Source: Gemmatimonadaceae bacterium (GTDB lineage: Bacteria > Gemmatimonadota > Gemmatimonadetes > Gemmatimonadales > Gemmatimonadaceae). From it: a stretch of DNA of 64,000 bases. Shown here piece by piece: positions 1 to 9,500 of this stretch. The stretch spans positions 672,001-736,000 of the forward strand of contig JBHYGA010000001.1 in NCBI GenBank assembly GCA_051859245.1, in the 5' to 3' direction. Position 1 is the first letter of the stretch. The number at the start of each line of letters is the position of its first letter. The notes under the pieces are model-generated. The model was not told the origin of the DNA and searched no databases. It was given only the letters and a program-made list of their open reading frames with translations. The translations under genes and the position numbers were made by a program.

Positions 1-2
1 TT

Positions 3-392
3 GGATATCGCACCCGGGAACTTCCCGGGTTTTTCACGATTGGTACGGGTATTTCACTCACGGCCACTGCGGAAACACCGGCGCAGATTGCCGAGTTGTG
101 GCGGCATCATCGGGCGCTCGGACGGACGTCCGGGCTACTGGTGGTGCAGCCGCCGCCCTCGCAGTCAGCACTTGACCGTGACCTGGTGGAACGCGCGACG
201 ACGGCCGCATTGGCGAGTGCGGAGGCGGCCGGCGTGCGCGGCGGTGCGGTCACGCCGTTCCTGCTGGCGGAGGTCGAACGTCAAACCAATGGCGCCTCGG
301 TGCAGGCCAATCTTGACCTGCTTGAGGCCAACGCTGTAACGGCTGGGGAGATTGCGGTCGCATTGGCGCGTGCTCAGGCCGTCAACCGTTAG
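3..392 (+). CDS. psuG: Pseudouridine-5'-phosphate glycosidase, 3' part (5' end outside window)
   Basis: Frame from base 3 reads GYRTRELPGFF...LVVQPPP...GVRGGAVTPFLLAEV...SVQANLDLLEANA..AGEIA, which matches the PsuG/IndA C-terminus. Confidence 0.8.
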   Translation, partial: GYRTRELPGFFTIGTGISLTATAETPAQIAELWRHHRALGRTSGLLVVQPPPSQSALDRDLVERATTAALASAEAAGVRGGAVTPFLLAEVERQTNGASVQANLDLLEANAVTAGEIAVALARAQAVNR

Positions 393-510
393 CCTGGGAG
401 CGAGCAAATCGTCGTGCAGGTACGTAGATTTCCGGTAGTTGATCAGTTGAACTTGCAGTGAATCGCGCGGTACTATCCGGTAACCCGTTCGCGATGGAGG
501 CTCGACCCGT

Positions 511-1701
511 ATGCCGAACCCATTCTTAAGCTCGGAAGAGTACGACGATCGCGCGCACGCGTTGTATAACGAGGCGCGATACGACGAGGCTCTGGATGTG
601 CTGCGCGAAGGGCTGGCGCTGTATCCGAACGCCGTGGAACTCCACGTCGGTGTTGGTTACGCGCGGTTGGCACGCGAAGAGTTTGCGTGGGCGCGCCGCA
701 GCTTCGACGAAGCGCTGCTGCTCGACCCCGAGCATGAAGATGCGCTGGCGGGCGCGGGAGAACTGCTGCTCAAGTTCGGACGCGTGGACGAAGCCATGTA
801 CACATTCGGGCGCACGCTTGAACTGGGCTACGAAGACGACACCGATCTGATGTTGCAGATCGGTCGGGCGCTCTTTCGCGAAGGGTACATCGAGCCGGCG
901 CTGTCGTATTTCGAGCGCGGTGTGGCGCACGCGCCGGAGAATGCCGAGGCGCTGGCCTGCGTTGGCTACGCGCAGCATCGACTCGGTCGTGATGCGGAGG
1001 CCATCAACACGCTGCGCCGCGCACTCTCGTTCGACGAGTCGTTCGGTGAAGCGCGCGTCTACCTGGCCAACTTGTTGTACGACGCCGGCGAGCTCGAAGC
1101 CGCGCTCGCTGAGTTTGAGCGAACCACGCCCGAAGATCACTGGGACGAACTCGGTATCTGGCGCCTGGTGGAACTGCGCAAATCGGCGGGCGGCTTGTCC
1201 GACGACGATCTCGTCCTCAAGCCGTGGGATGATCGGCTCACGGAAATTTCGAGCGACCCCGATGCGATCGACGAACTGCTCGCCGAAGTGGAGACGCAGT
1301 TCATGGAGCGTGAAGGTGCGGCACATTCACAGGCGCAGGGTCATCTTGAAATGCTTGGCTCGTTGCTCGACGGACTGGCCAAGGATCGCGAGCATGACTC
1401 TTCGGCTGACGAAGCACTGGCGCTCGATGCGGCCACTCGCCCGTCGCCAAAGTCGCGTGAACTCACCGCCGAGTCCGCGCATCAGGTGGTGTTGCGCGAC
1501 GGTCGGTCATTCGAAGGGACGTGGGACGAAATCGTGACGGCCCTGCGCGATGCGCAGGACTCCACGCGTTCGGTCGACGAGTTCATGACGGTTGAAGCAC
1601 GGCGGCAGTACGGCGCCACGGGTGTACGTATTTCAACGCGTGGTCCGGAGGAGTTCCTGCGCGGCAGCGAACACGCCGGATTGTTGCGCATCATTCGCTA
1701 A
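511..1701 (+). CDS. Tetratricopeptide-repeat protein with unknown C-terminal domain
   Basis: 396-aa ORF, GGAGG upstream, multiple TPR-like units (ALDVLREGLALYP, ALLLDPEHEDAL, APENAEALACVG). Confidence 0.85.
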   Translation: MPNPFLSSEEYDDRAHALYNEARYDEALDVLREGLALYPNAVELHVGVGYARLAREEFAWARRSFDEALLLDPEHEDALAGAGELLLKFGRVDEAMYTFGRTLELGYEDDTDLMLQIGRALFREGYIEPALSYFERGVAHAPENAEALACVGYAQHRLGRDAEAINTLRRALSFDESFGEARVYLANLLYDAGELEAALAEFERTTPEDHWDELGIWRLVELRKSAGGLSDDDLVLKPWDDRLTEISSDPDAIDELLAEVETQFMEREGAAHSQAQGHLEMLGSLLDGLAKDREHDSSADEALALDAATRPSPKSRELTAESAHQVVLRDGRSFEGTWDEIVTALRDAQDSTRSVDEFMTVEARRQYGATGVRISTRGPEEFLRGSEHAGLLRIIR

Positions 1702-1711
1702 GCGAGACTGT

Positions 1712-2767
1712 GTGAGTGTTTCTGTTGAACGCGCGCGTCAGGCGTACACGAGCGCGCGTCCGGTGCTCGACCGATTGTTGCACAGTGCACAGTCGGTCGG
1801 TGCACCTGCGGCCGTAGATGCTGCTGCTGCGTGGGCCGCAATCGCAAGCGTGCTTGAACCGCTCGTGCCTGACGCGCCGCCTGGTGATGCCAAAGCGCTC
1901 GTCGCCGCACTCCGTCAACGTGGTCTCTGCACGCTCGAAGAAGCGCACACGCTGATTGACGCGCACGCGCTCGCGGAGCGAAGCAAGAGCGACGTGGCGT
2001 CACCTGCGGGTGAACTGCCGCGACAGGTGCTGGTGCGTGCGGATCAGACGCTTGATCGCATTCTGCGCACCGCCGATGACAGTTCGTCGGCGGTACCGCT
2101 GCAATCGGAGTACGCGCGTGCGGCGACCGCGTCGGCCGCCACATCCGCCGCGTCGACGCCCTCACCGAATCCTTCGGCGGCATCCTTTAATAGCAGTCCA
2201 GACCGCAGCCCTCAACCTGACGGTCGCTCCAATCGCTTCGTGATTGCGCTCGTCCTCGTGTGCGTGGCGGCCGCGGTGGTGGCTGTGGTGCTGTTCACGG
2301 GCATCGGGCGCAACGATCCGATGGAGCAGGGCATTACGGCGTATCAGGCAGGTCAACGCGTTGCCGCGCGGCTCGCCTTTGAACAGGCCATGGTAAAGGA
2401 CCCGGCAGACGCTCGACCGCTCATCTATCTTGGTCGACTCGCGCGCGAAGAAGGGGATCTCATTCAGGCGCGCCGACTCCTTGAACAGGCCGTGCAGCGC
2501 GCACCGGACAACGCCCTCTCTCATCGTGAGCTCGGATCCGCGCTGTTGGCCGACGGACAACCCGAACTGGCGCGTCGCTTCTACGTGCGCGCGCTGGCCT
2601 TGCAGCCGGATGACCGACTGGCGCAGGGCTTTTTGGGATGCGCGCTGGCGCGCCTTGGCCGCGTTGACGAAGCGCGTCGTTGGCTCGATCGCGCCGGTCC
2701 GGGCGATTGGGTGGCCTGCGCCAATGCCGTCCCCGCTGCACCGATGCCAATACCGCCTGTTCGGTGA
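1712..2767 (+). CDS. Membrane-anchored TPR protein
   Basis: Probable GTG start just after the previous stop; one TM segment (FVIALVLVCVAAAVVAVVLF) followed by TPRs (DPADARPLIYLG, APDNALSHRELG). Confidence 0.75.
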   Translation: MSVSVERARQAYTSARPVLDRLLHSAQSVGAPAAVDAAAAWAAIASVLEPLVPDAPPGDAKALVAALRQRGLCTLEEAHTLIDAHALAERSKSDVASPAGELPRQVLVRADQTLDRILRTADDSSSAVPLQSEYARAATASAATSAASTPSPNPSAASFNSSPDRSPQPDGRSNRFVIALVLVCVAAAVVAVVLFTGIGRNDPMEQGITAYQAGQRVAARLAFEQAMVKDPADARPLIYLGRLAREEGDLIQARRLLEQAVQRAPDNALSHRELGSALLADGQPELARRFYVRALALQPDDRLAQGFLGCALARLGRVDEARRWLDRAGPGDWVACANAVPAAPMPIPPVR

Positions 2768-5442
2768 GTCGTTCGGACGGAGGGAGCGAAGCGTCGCGCG
2801 CACGCGCGGCTGCACTCATGGTGCACGAGGGCGTGTCGCGCTTTGTGTTGCCCAACGGTCTCGTGCTGCTCGTGCGCCGAGATACCACCGCACCGGTCGT
2901 TGGTCTCTATACGCATGTCAAAGCCGGCTACTTCGATGAGTCGGATGATCGCGTGGGCATCGCGCACGTGCTCGAACACATGTACTTCAAGGGCACCCCA
3001 ACCCGTGGTGTTGGTGCGATCGCGCGCGAAACCAAACTCGCTGGTGGTTGGCTGAACGCGCATACCATTTACGACCACACGGCCTACGTGGCGGTGTTGC
3101 CCAATGGTGCCTTCGAACGCGGACTCGATATCCAGTTCGATGCGTACGCGAACTCGCTCATCGATGCGGGTGAGCTGAGCCGCGAGCTGGAGGTGATTGT
3201 GCAGGAGGCCCGGCGAAAGAAGGATGCGCCTGGCGCCGTCACGGTAGAATCGCTCTTTGCGTTGCTGCATGATCATCATCGCATTCGCCGGTGGCGCATT
3301 GGGGAACCGGATGACCTGCGCACGTTCACGCGGGACATGCTGCACGCGTTCTATCGCACGTGGTATGTCCCGTCCAACACGATTCTCTCGATTGTTGGCC
3401 ATGTGGACCCGGACGCGGTGCACGCCGCGGTGCTCGCGCGATACGGTGCGTTGCCGGCCGGAGAGGTCACGCGCGACGCCGCGCCGCAAGAGCAACGCGC
3501 CCCGGGCGTGCGGGTGCGCGATATGGTCGGTGACATAGCGCAGGCGCAGCTGGCATTCGGCTGGCGCACGCCGTCGCAGGAGCATCGGGATTCTGCAGCG
3601 CTCGATCTCGCGGGTACCATGCTTGGATCCGGACGCGCGTCTCGTTTTTACCGCGCCGTGCGGGAGCGGCAGCTCGCGTCGGGCGTCTCCTCGTATCAGT
3701 ACACTACCGCGAACCTTGGCGTGTTTGTGGTGCACGCGGAAACACCGGCCGACAAGCTGGCTGATGCGGCGCTGGCCACATGGCGCGAAATCAGCGCCGC
3801 GCGCAATCATGAGTTTCGGTCCGAGGAGCTGGTGCGCGCGCAGCGTGTGCTTGAAGCTCGCTGGCTTCGCCGCCTGGAAACCATGGACGGTCAGGCCGCG
3901 TATCTCGCCTCGTGGGAAGCCGAAGGTGGGGTGGCGCTGGGAGCCGAGTACTATGACCGCCTGATCAGTGCAAGCGCGACGCACGTGCAGCAGGCCATGC
4001 ACACGCACCTCGATCCGTCGCAGGTGAGTGTAATCGTCTATCGCCCATCCCACGCGACGTCGCTGCCCGACAGCGCTGAATCCATGCGCAGTTGGCTCGC
4101 CACGGCGGAGTCACAGGAGAGTGTGACCGCGAATGCCACGCCGAGTGTGTCGCGTGTCGGTGTGCCGCGCAGTGCGCCGGCGTCAGGCGCGTCTGCACAC
4201 GCCGAGCGTGTCGTGCGTAACGTGCACGTGTTTCGTACGGCGCGCGATGTGCCGGTGCTGATTCACGCGCGTCCGGGAACGCCGCTGGTGAGCATTGGCG
4301 TGTTCGTGCGCGGCGGAACCGTGTCCGAACCTGAGGGTCGCGAGGGACTCGCCCGACTGATGGCGCAGAGCACGCTCAAGGGCACGCACACTCGGACGGG
4401 TGCGGAGATCGCGCTCGCTGCGGAATCGCTTGGCGGGAGCATTGGTGTGAGCGCTGGTCTCGAGAGTCTCGGCTGGAGTATGTCGGTGCCAGTGCGGCAA
4501 CTCGACGCAGCCCTCGAGTTGCTTGGCGATGTGGTGCAGTTGCCCACGTTCTCCCCGTCGGCGATCGATACGGAGCGACAGCTCGCCATCGCCGAAGTGG
4601 AGCGATTGCGTGACGATATGTATCGTTGGCCAATGCGGCTTGCGTCGGAGGCTGCGTATCGCGGACATCCGTACGCGCGATCCGTGATTGGCACGGCGTT
4701 GTCCCTGGAAACAATCAGCGCTGAGGATGTGCGTGCGCAGCATGAGCGCGCGTTGCACAACGGCGCGTGTGTGATTGGCATTGTTGGTGATGTGAACACG
4801 CGCGATGCAGCGAGCGCCGTGCAGCGCCACTTTGGCTCGGTCACGTGGGGCGCCGACAGTGAACCGGCGGCGCACATCTGGCCAAACGCGATGCGTGTTG
4901 CCGAAGACACGCGTGAGAAGCAGCAAACCGCGCTGGCCATGCTCTTTCGTGGACCGTCGCGTCGTGATCCGGCGCGGCACAACGCGCGTGTGCTGGCAGC
5001 GATCGCGAGCGGACTGGGTGGTCGCTTTTTTGAAGAGTTGCGCGACCGCCGCTCATTGGCGTACACGGTTGCGGCCTATCCGATTGAGCGACGCGTGGAT
5101 GGTGTGTTCGCGGCGTATATCGCCACCACACCGGAGCGCGAAGACGAGGCGCGCGACGGGTTGCTTGAACAGTTCGCCGCACTGTGCAACGAACCGGTTC
5201 GCGAAGATGAAATCGAACGCGCGAGGCAGTATCTCGTGGGCACACACGCGATCGCGCAGCAGAGCGGTGCGTCGGTGCTGTCCGACCTCATCGACGCCTG
5301 GTCGTTTGGTGATGGACTGGAAGAGTTGGCAGAACATGACGCGCGTGTGCTCGCCGTGACACCGGCGAACATTCTGGAGCTGGCACGCACGTACTTTGAT
5401 CCGGCGCGACGCGTTGAAGGCGTGGTGCGCGGGCGGAGCTAG
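2764..5442 (+). CDS. M16 (insulinase/pitrilysin) family zinc peptidase, fused two-half form
   Basis: Inverted zinc motif HxxEH (GIAHVLEHMYFKGT), NAHT, LF.ELRDRRSLAY; GTG overlaps the upstream TGA (alternative ATG at 2818). Confidence 0.9.
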   Translation: MSRSDGGSEASRARAAALMVHEGVSRFVLPNGLVLLVRRDTTAPVVGLYTHVKAGYFDESDDRVGIAHVLEHMYFKGTPTRGVGAIARETKLAGGWLNAHTIYDHTAYVAVLPNGAFERGLDIQFDAYANSLIDAGELSRELEVIVQEARRKKDAPGAVTVESLFALLHDHHRIRRWRIGEPDDLRTFTRDMLHAFYRTWYVPSNTILSIVGHVDPDAVHAAVLARYGALPAGEVTRDAAPQEQRAPGVRVRDMVGDIAQAQLAFGWRTPSQEHRDSAALDLAGTMLGSGRASRFYRAVRERQLASGVSSYQYTTANLGVFVVHAETPADKLADAALATWREISAARNHEFRSEELVRAQRVLEARWLRRLETMDGQAAYLASWEAEGGVALGAEYYDRLISASATHVQQAMHTHLDPSQVSVIVYRPSHATSLPDSAESMRSWLATAESQESVTANATPSVSRVGVPRSAPASGASAHAERVVRNVHVFRTARDVPVLIHARPGTPLVSIGVFVRGGTVSEPEGREGLARLMAQSTLKGTHTRTGAEIALAAESLGGSIGVSAGLESLGWSMSVPVRQLDAALELLGDVVQLPTFSPSAIDTERQLAIAEVERLRDDMYRWPMRLASEAAYRGHPYARSVIGTALSLETISAEDVRAQHERALHNGACVIGIVGDVNTRDAASAVQRHFGSVTWGADSEPAAHIWPNAMRVAEDTREKQQTALAMLFRGPSRRDPARHNARVLAAIASGLGGRFFEELRDRRSLAYTVAAYPIERRVDGVFAAYIATTPEREDEARDGLLEQFAALCNEPVREDEIERARQYLVGTHAIAQQSGASVLSDLIDAWSFGDGLEELAEHDARVLAVTPANILELARTYFDPARRVEGVVRGRS

Positions 5443-6953
5443 GGCAGGTCGTCTACGCGCGGCATGGTGCGACGAATCATGTCCACCACCGATCGTTCGC
5501 GTCCGTTGGCGGATATCAGTCCGAGCGTGGTGATATCGTCGCGCAGCTCGCCGATCACAACGCCGCGTACGAACGCGCGTCGGGAAGACCATGCGAGCAC
5601 TTGACGGATTGCCGCGCTCTGCGATTCATCGCCGTGTGCGCGCGGCAACCCTGCCATGAACATCCAGTGCGCACGACCGCCGGCGTTGTGAACGGCGACC
5701 CATCGATCGGCCACGCGCAGTCGCGCGTCAACCGACGCCAGTCCCGCAAAACTCGGCAATGGTGCGAAGCCAACCGCCTGCAGTGGTGAGGCGCTGTCGG
5801 TGGCCCACGCGTGCATTACGCTGTCGGCCGCATCAAATCGAGTGGCCACCCACATCACGCTCGTCTGCGGACGTGCGCGTTGCACCGTGCGTGCCGCTTC
5901 GCGCAAATGCTGTTGCCACCACGCGGTGGACACCGCGGGCGTGAAGAGCATGCCAGGTAGCGCCGGCGGTAACGCCGGGATCACGATGTGTGGGCGCAGC
6001 GTTTCAGTGACGCGTTGCAGTGCGTCGAGGCGCAGTCGACTTGCGAGCTGCGGCGCGTTGCGCACGCCAATCGCATCGTCACGCGTGAACGAGAGCGCCA
6101 CAATCAGACGCACGCTGTCGTTGCGATACGGCGCGAGTACGCGTACGAGTGAGTCGAGCCCCGACGACCGCACGGCCGACGCATTCAGCGAGACGAGCAG
6201 CGCGTCGGGATGGAGGCGGTCATAGAGGCGCGCGCCAACACGCACCGCGCGCGCATCGGGCACACCGGCAATATCGGGAAGCAATCGCAAGCCGAGCGCA
6301 AAGCTGCGGGTGTCGCGCGGCGCGAGGGTTCGCGACGCGGCGTCGTAACTGCGCACCGCGCCGACACCGCGCGGCCACTCCATGATCAGCAATGTGAGCG
6401 TCGCAGCGGCATACAACACGAGCACGGCGCGAACAAACGCGCTCGATCGCCACCGGGCCGGATACGCGGGCGCGACCAGCGGGATCAACAAAGAAAACGG
6501 AGAGCCCAACGCCGCGCGTCCACTCACCATGCCAAGCACCGCGTCACGCGCGGCGATCAATCCCTGCAGCGCGTCTGGTGCGTAGCCCGATCGCAGCACC
6601 TGATCATCGCCAATGGCGACCAATGCGAGCAACGAGTTGTACAACACGATCGGCACGCCGACCGATGACGACACGAGACGCCCCGCTGTGGCAGAAATCG
6701 CCTGGGCGACCATCAAGACGCATGTCACAGGCCAGAGCCACGCCACCCCGGTAATCGTGCGTGCACCCGTGTCGGTGGAGGCGGCGATCGCGAGCACCGC
6801 CGCGGGCGCAATGAGCAGCCCCGCAAGCGCCGTGAGATTGCGAAACCAGGACGCGCCTTCGCGCCGCGTGGCAATCCAGCCGGAGAGCGTGACATTCCAC
6901 GCCAGCACCAGGGCCGCCACAATCAGTGGCACGATGCCGAGGCGCGCCAACAT
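5439..6953 (-). CDS. Hypothetical membrane protein: N-terminal multi-TM region plus C-terminal extracytoplasmic alpha/beta (possibly glycoside-hydrolase-like barrel) domain
   Basis: 504-aa ORF with several hydrophobic segments in the first ~190 aa; start overlaps the upstream stop (TGATG). Confidence 0.6.
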   Translation of the reverse strand: MLARLGIVPLIVAALVLAWNVTLSGWIATRREGASWFRNLTALAGLLIAPAAVLAIAASTDTGARTITGVAWLWPVTCVLMVAQAISATAGRLVSSSVGVPIVLYNSLLALVAIGDDQVLRSGYAPDALQGLIAARDAVLGMVSGRAALGSPFSLLIPLVAPAYPARWRSSAFVRAVLVLYAAATLTLLIMEWPRGVGAVRSYDAASRTLAPRDTRSFALGLRLLPDIAGVPDARAVRVGARLYDRLHPDALLVSLNASAVRSSGLDSLVRVLAPYRNDSVRLIVALSFTRDDAIGVRNAPQLASRLRLDALQRVTETLRPHIVIPALPPALPGMLFTPAVSTAWWQQHLREAARTVQRARPQTSVMWVATRFDAADSVMHAWATDSASPLQAVGFAPLPSFAGLASVDARLRVADRWVAVHNAGGRAHWMFMAGLPRAHGDESQSAAIRQVLAWSSRRAFVRGVVIGELRDDITTLGLISANGRERSVVDMIRRTMPRVDDLP

Positions 6954-7321
6954 CAGGCGCCGCGGAGCAAACGTTCCGAACGCACTTCGCCGGGCAGCAG
7001 GCGGCGTGTGAGCACGTCGAAGGCGCGCACCAGATCAAACCGCACCGGAGCGAGCAGATCCACGAGAATCACCGAGCGCTCGGGATGTGTGTGCAGGGCC
7101 GCGTGTCCTCCCTCCAGCAGGAGCATGGCGTCCACACCGTGCGGGGCGCGCGTGCGCACAAGCGGAGCGCCAAGGGTGTGCAAACCAGCGGCACCAGCTG
7201 CCGCGACCAACACACCACCGAGGCGTGACGCGTCACCGAGCAAGTCTTCGGGCACGTCGTGAAACTCCGCGACCAGGTGGGCGTGGGAAGACGACACAGA
7301 CTCGCGTACCGAAGGGACCAT
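6953..7321 (-). CDS. S-adenosylmethionine decarboxylase (SpeD/SpeH)-like protein with degenerate active site; start uncertain (7297/7321/7339)
   Basis: HLVAEFHDV...PHGVDAMLLLEGGHAALHTHPE...VDL resembles the class 1B AdoMetDC pattern GVTGVVVLAESHISIHTWPE. Confidence 0.65.
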   Translation of the reverse strand: MVPSVRESVSSSHAHLVAEFHDVPEDLLGDASRLGGVLVAAAGAAGLHTLGAPLVRTRAPHGVDAMLLLEGGHAALHTHPERSVILVDLLAPVRFDLVRAFDVLTRRLLPGEVRSERLLRGA

Positions 7322-7388
7322 GCGCGAGACGATAACCATCGCGAGTCCCCGCTGGCACCCCGGTTGGCAGATCGGGTACGTTTATCGG

Positions 7389-7943
7389 ATGACCGACCGT
7401 TCCACCTATCTCAGCCTGCCGAATCTGGTCTCCGGTTCGCGTTTCGCGCTGGCGATCGGCTTTTGGGCCGTGGACGCGGTGCCGGCGCGAGTGGCGGTGC
7501 TGGTGGTCGCCACGTTCACCGATTTTTTTGACGGGTGGCTGGCGCGTCGGCAAAAGGTCACCTCGCGGTTCGGTGCGTTGCTCGATCCGGTAGCCGACCG
7601 CGCGTTCGTGCTCGCCGTCGTGATCCGGTATCTGATTGACGGTTTGTTGTTACCGTGGCAGGCGGCGGCGCTGCTATTTCGTGATGTGATGAGCCTGATC
7701 GGCTGGTTTGTTGCGCGCAACGTGAGTTGGCTCCGGCCGATTCCGTTTCGCGCGCGGTGGCCTGGCAAGGTTGTCACCGCCCTGCAGTTCACGGCGTTCC
7801 TGGCGGTGCTGCTCTGGCCGGCCTATGTGTCGCCGCTGGTGCTGCTGTCGCTTGTGATCAGCGTGGTGGCCACGGCGGACTACACGCTCATGCTTTGGCG
7901 TGAACGAACCGTGACCGGAGCCAAAGGAAGCGCGCCCAACTAA
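7389..7943 (+). CDS. CDP-alcohol phosphatidyltransferase (PgsA-like)
   Basis: LPNLVS..R and TDFFDGWLARR..VTSRFGALLDPVADR signature; GKVVTALQ. Confidence 0.9.
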   Translation: MTDRSTYLSLPNLVSGSRFALAIGFWAVDAVPARVAVLVVATFTDFFDGWLARRQKVTSRFGALLDPVADRAFVLAVVIRYLIDGLLLPWQAAALLFRDVMSLIGWFVARNVSWLRPIPFRARWPGKVVTALQFTAFLAVLLWPAYVSPLVLLSLVISVVATADYTLMLWRERTVTGAKGSAPN

Positions 7944-7945
7944 AC

Positions 7946-7978
7946 AAAAAGCCCCCTCACAAATCGCGGGGGCTTTTT
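7946..7978. terminator. Bidirectional intrinsic terminator
   Basis: AAAAAGCCCCC...GGGGGCTTTTT between convergent genes. Confidence 0.8.
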
Positions 7979-8011
7979 GATGTACCGATCACTCGTGGAT
8001 CGGAGACAGCG

Positions 8012-8281
8012 TCAGGCAGTGACTGCTTCCTGAGTCTGCGCACGCGGCGGCTGCGCAAAGCGCTCACCGAGAGTCCGCAAATCCTTCACCTGCACAGCAT
8101 TCAACTCCGGGTACCGCGACGTCATGTACTGCATTGTGTTGTCGAACCATTCCTTCTGATCGTCGGGATGTGACCCGATAACACCACACTGCATGATGTG
8201 CTGAAACATCTCGTCGCGGGCCTCTTCGTACGGCGAAGGCTGCGCGACGTCACGACGCGGACGTTGCTTGAGCTTGGTCAT
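8012..8281 (-). CDS. Small hypothetical protein (89 aa)
   Basis: MTKLKQRPRRDVAQPSPYEEARDEMFQHIMQCGVIG...; protein-like composition, ends at the terminator. Confidence 0.7.
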   Translation of the reverse strand: MTKLKQRPRRDVAQPSPYEEARDEMFQHIMQCGVIGSHPDDQKEWFDNTMQYMTSRYPELNAVQVKDLRTLGERFAQPPRAQTQEAVTA

Positions 8282-8501
8282 TTCTCGGGAAAATGCGTAA
8301 CAAACGAACCGATCACAGGGATCGGCGCCGCCCGGTGGTTCGTGGGGGCGCGTGGTGCTGCGCACACGCTCCGGAACCAAGCGCACCGACATTGACCACA
8401 GGTTTCGCCTGTAACAACGACGGTGAGACACGACACCGTGCAGCTATGAAAAACTAGCCGAGAGACACCTCAGAAACCAGTGTCTCTGCCTCTATAAACG
8501 C

Positions 8502-9350
8502 CTATTCCTCGTGATTCGTTGAGGCGTTCATCCATTCAAGCAGCGTGTGCGCGAGCGTGTCAGGCGCGTCTTCCGCCACCAAGCGTCCCACGCCGAGCAT
8601 CGTCCGAAGCTCGGCGCCTCGCAGCGCGGCGCTCAAGGCTGTGGCGACGGTGGCTGGCACTGTTCGATCCCCGTCCGTACGCAGCACCAAGGTGGGCGTG
8701 CGAACGTGATCCAGCGCCTCGAGCTCTACGCCGTCGCCTTCGAGCGTGCGCGCGAGGAGCTGCAGCTGCTCAACGCCCCCTGAACCAGCCCACGGCGCGA
8801 GGTAGCGTGCCATGGCCGAGGCGGGAAGACCCGCGGGGTCGGCCACCGCATCACTGAGCACGGCTCCCATCAGCGCGGCTGCACCCAGTCGTGCGCTCGA
8901 CGCGCCAATGGCCAGACGCGCCGCCGCGCGCTGCATGGCGCGAACCGGTGCCGATGGCAGGTCGGTGATGTCGGGTGGATTCAGAATTGCCAGCCGGGAT
9001 ACGCGCTCGGGGTGCCGCGAGGCCAGCGCCAGCCCCACGAGGCCGCCCACATCTTGCCCTACGATGGTCGCCTGCGGTACGCGCAGCGCGCCGAGCGCTC
9101 GATCCACCACGTCGGCCTGGGTGGCCAGATCGTACGTGGCGTCGAGCGGTCGATCGGATTCGCCGTGCCCCAGCAGATCGATCGCCAACGCGACCAGGCC
9201 GGCGTTGGCGAGTCGCGCCGACACGCCGCGCCACAGGGTCGCGTTCGTTCCGAACCCGTGCAACAACACCACGGGACGATTGCCGCGTCCCATGCGCTCC
9301 ACGTGCAAGGTGCCACCGCCAATCGGAACGCGGAGATGCTCAACGAACAT
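8502..9350 (-). CDS. Alpha/beta fold hydrolase (epoxide hydrolase/dehalogenase-like nucleophile elbow)
   Basis: VVLLHGFG, AIDLLGHGESDRP, GQDVGG elbow, PTLVLRTDGDRTVP. Confidence 0.85.
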   Translation of the reverse strand: MFVEHLRVPIGGGTLHVERMGRGNRPVVLLHGFGTNATLWRGVSARLANAGLVALAIDLLGHGESDRPLDATYDLATQADVVDRALGALRVPQATIVGQDVGGLVGLALASRHPERVSRLAILNPPDITDLPSAPVRAMQRAAARLAIGASSARLGAAALMGAVLSDAVADPAGLPASAMARYLAPWAGSGGVEQLQLLARTLEGDGVELEALDHVRTPTLVLRTDGDRTVPATVATALSAALRGAELRTMLGVGRLVAEDAPDTLAHTLLEWMNASTNHEE

Positions 9351-9500
9351 AGGTGCCGGATGAAGGAAACGTGTCTCAGGATAGCGACGAGCCCCGTCGC
9401 GTGAATAACTTGCCAATACGACGCTCCGTCGAACGCATCGCCGTCTACGACGGTTGCACTCCCCCTCTCTCTCGCATCGCGATCACGAGGCCGTAACTCG

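Noticed and set aside
2581..4053. 490-aa minus-strand ORF, and similar long ORFs at 11478-12770, 36499-37941, 37881-39119, 54492-55883 and 58252-59550
   Set aside because: Antisense shadows of well-supported genes, expected in high-GC DNA; no recognisable motifs.
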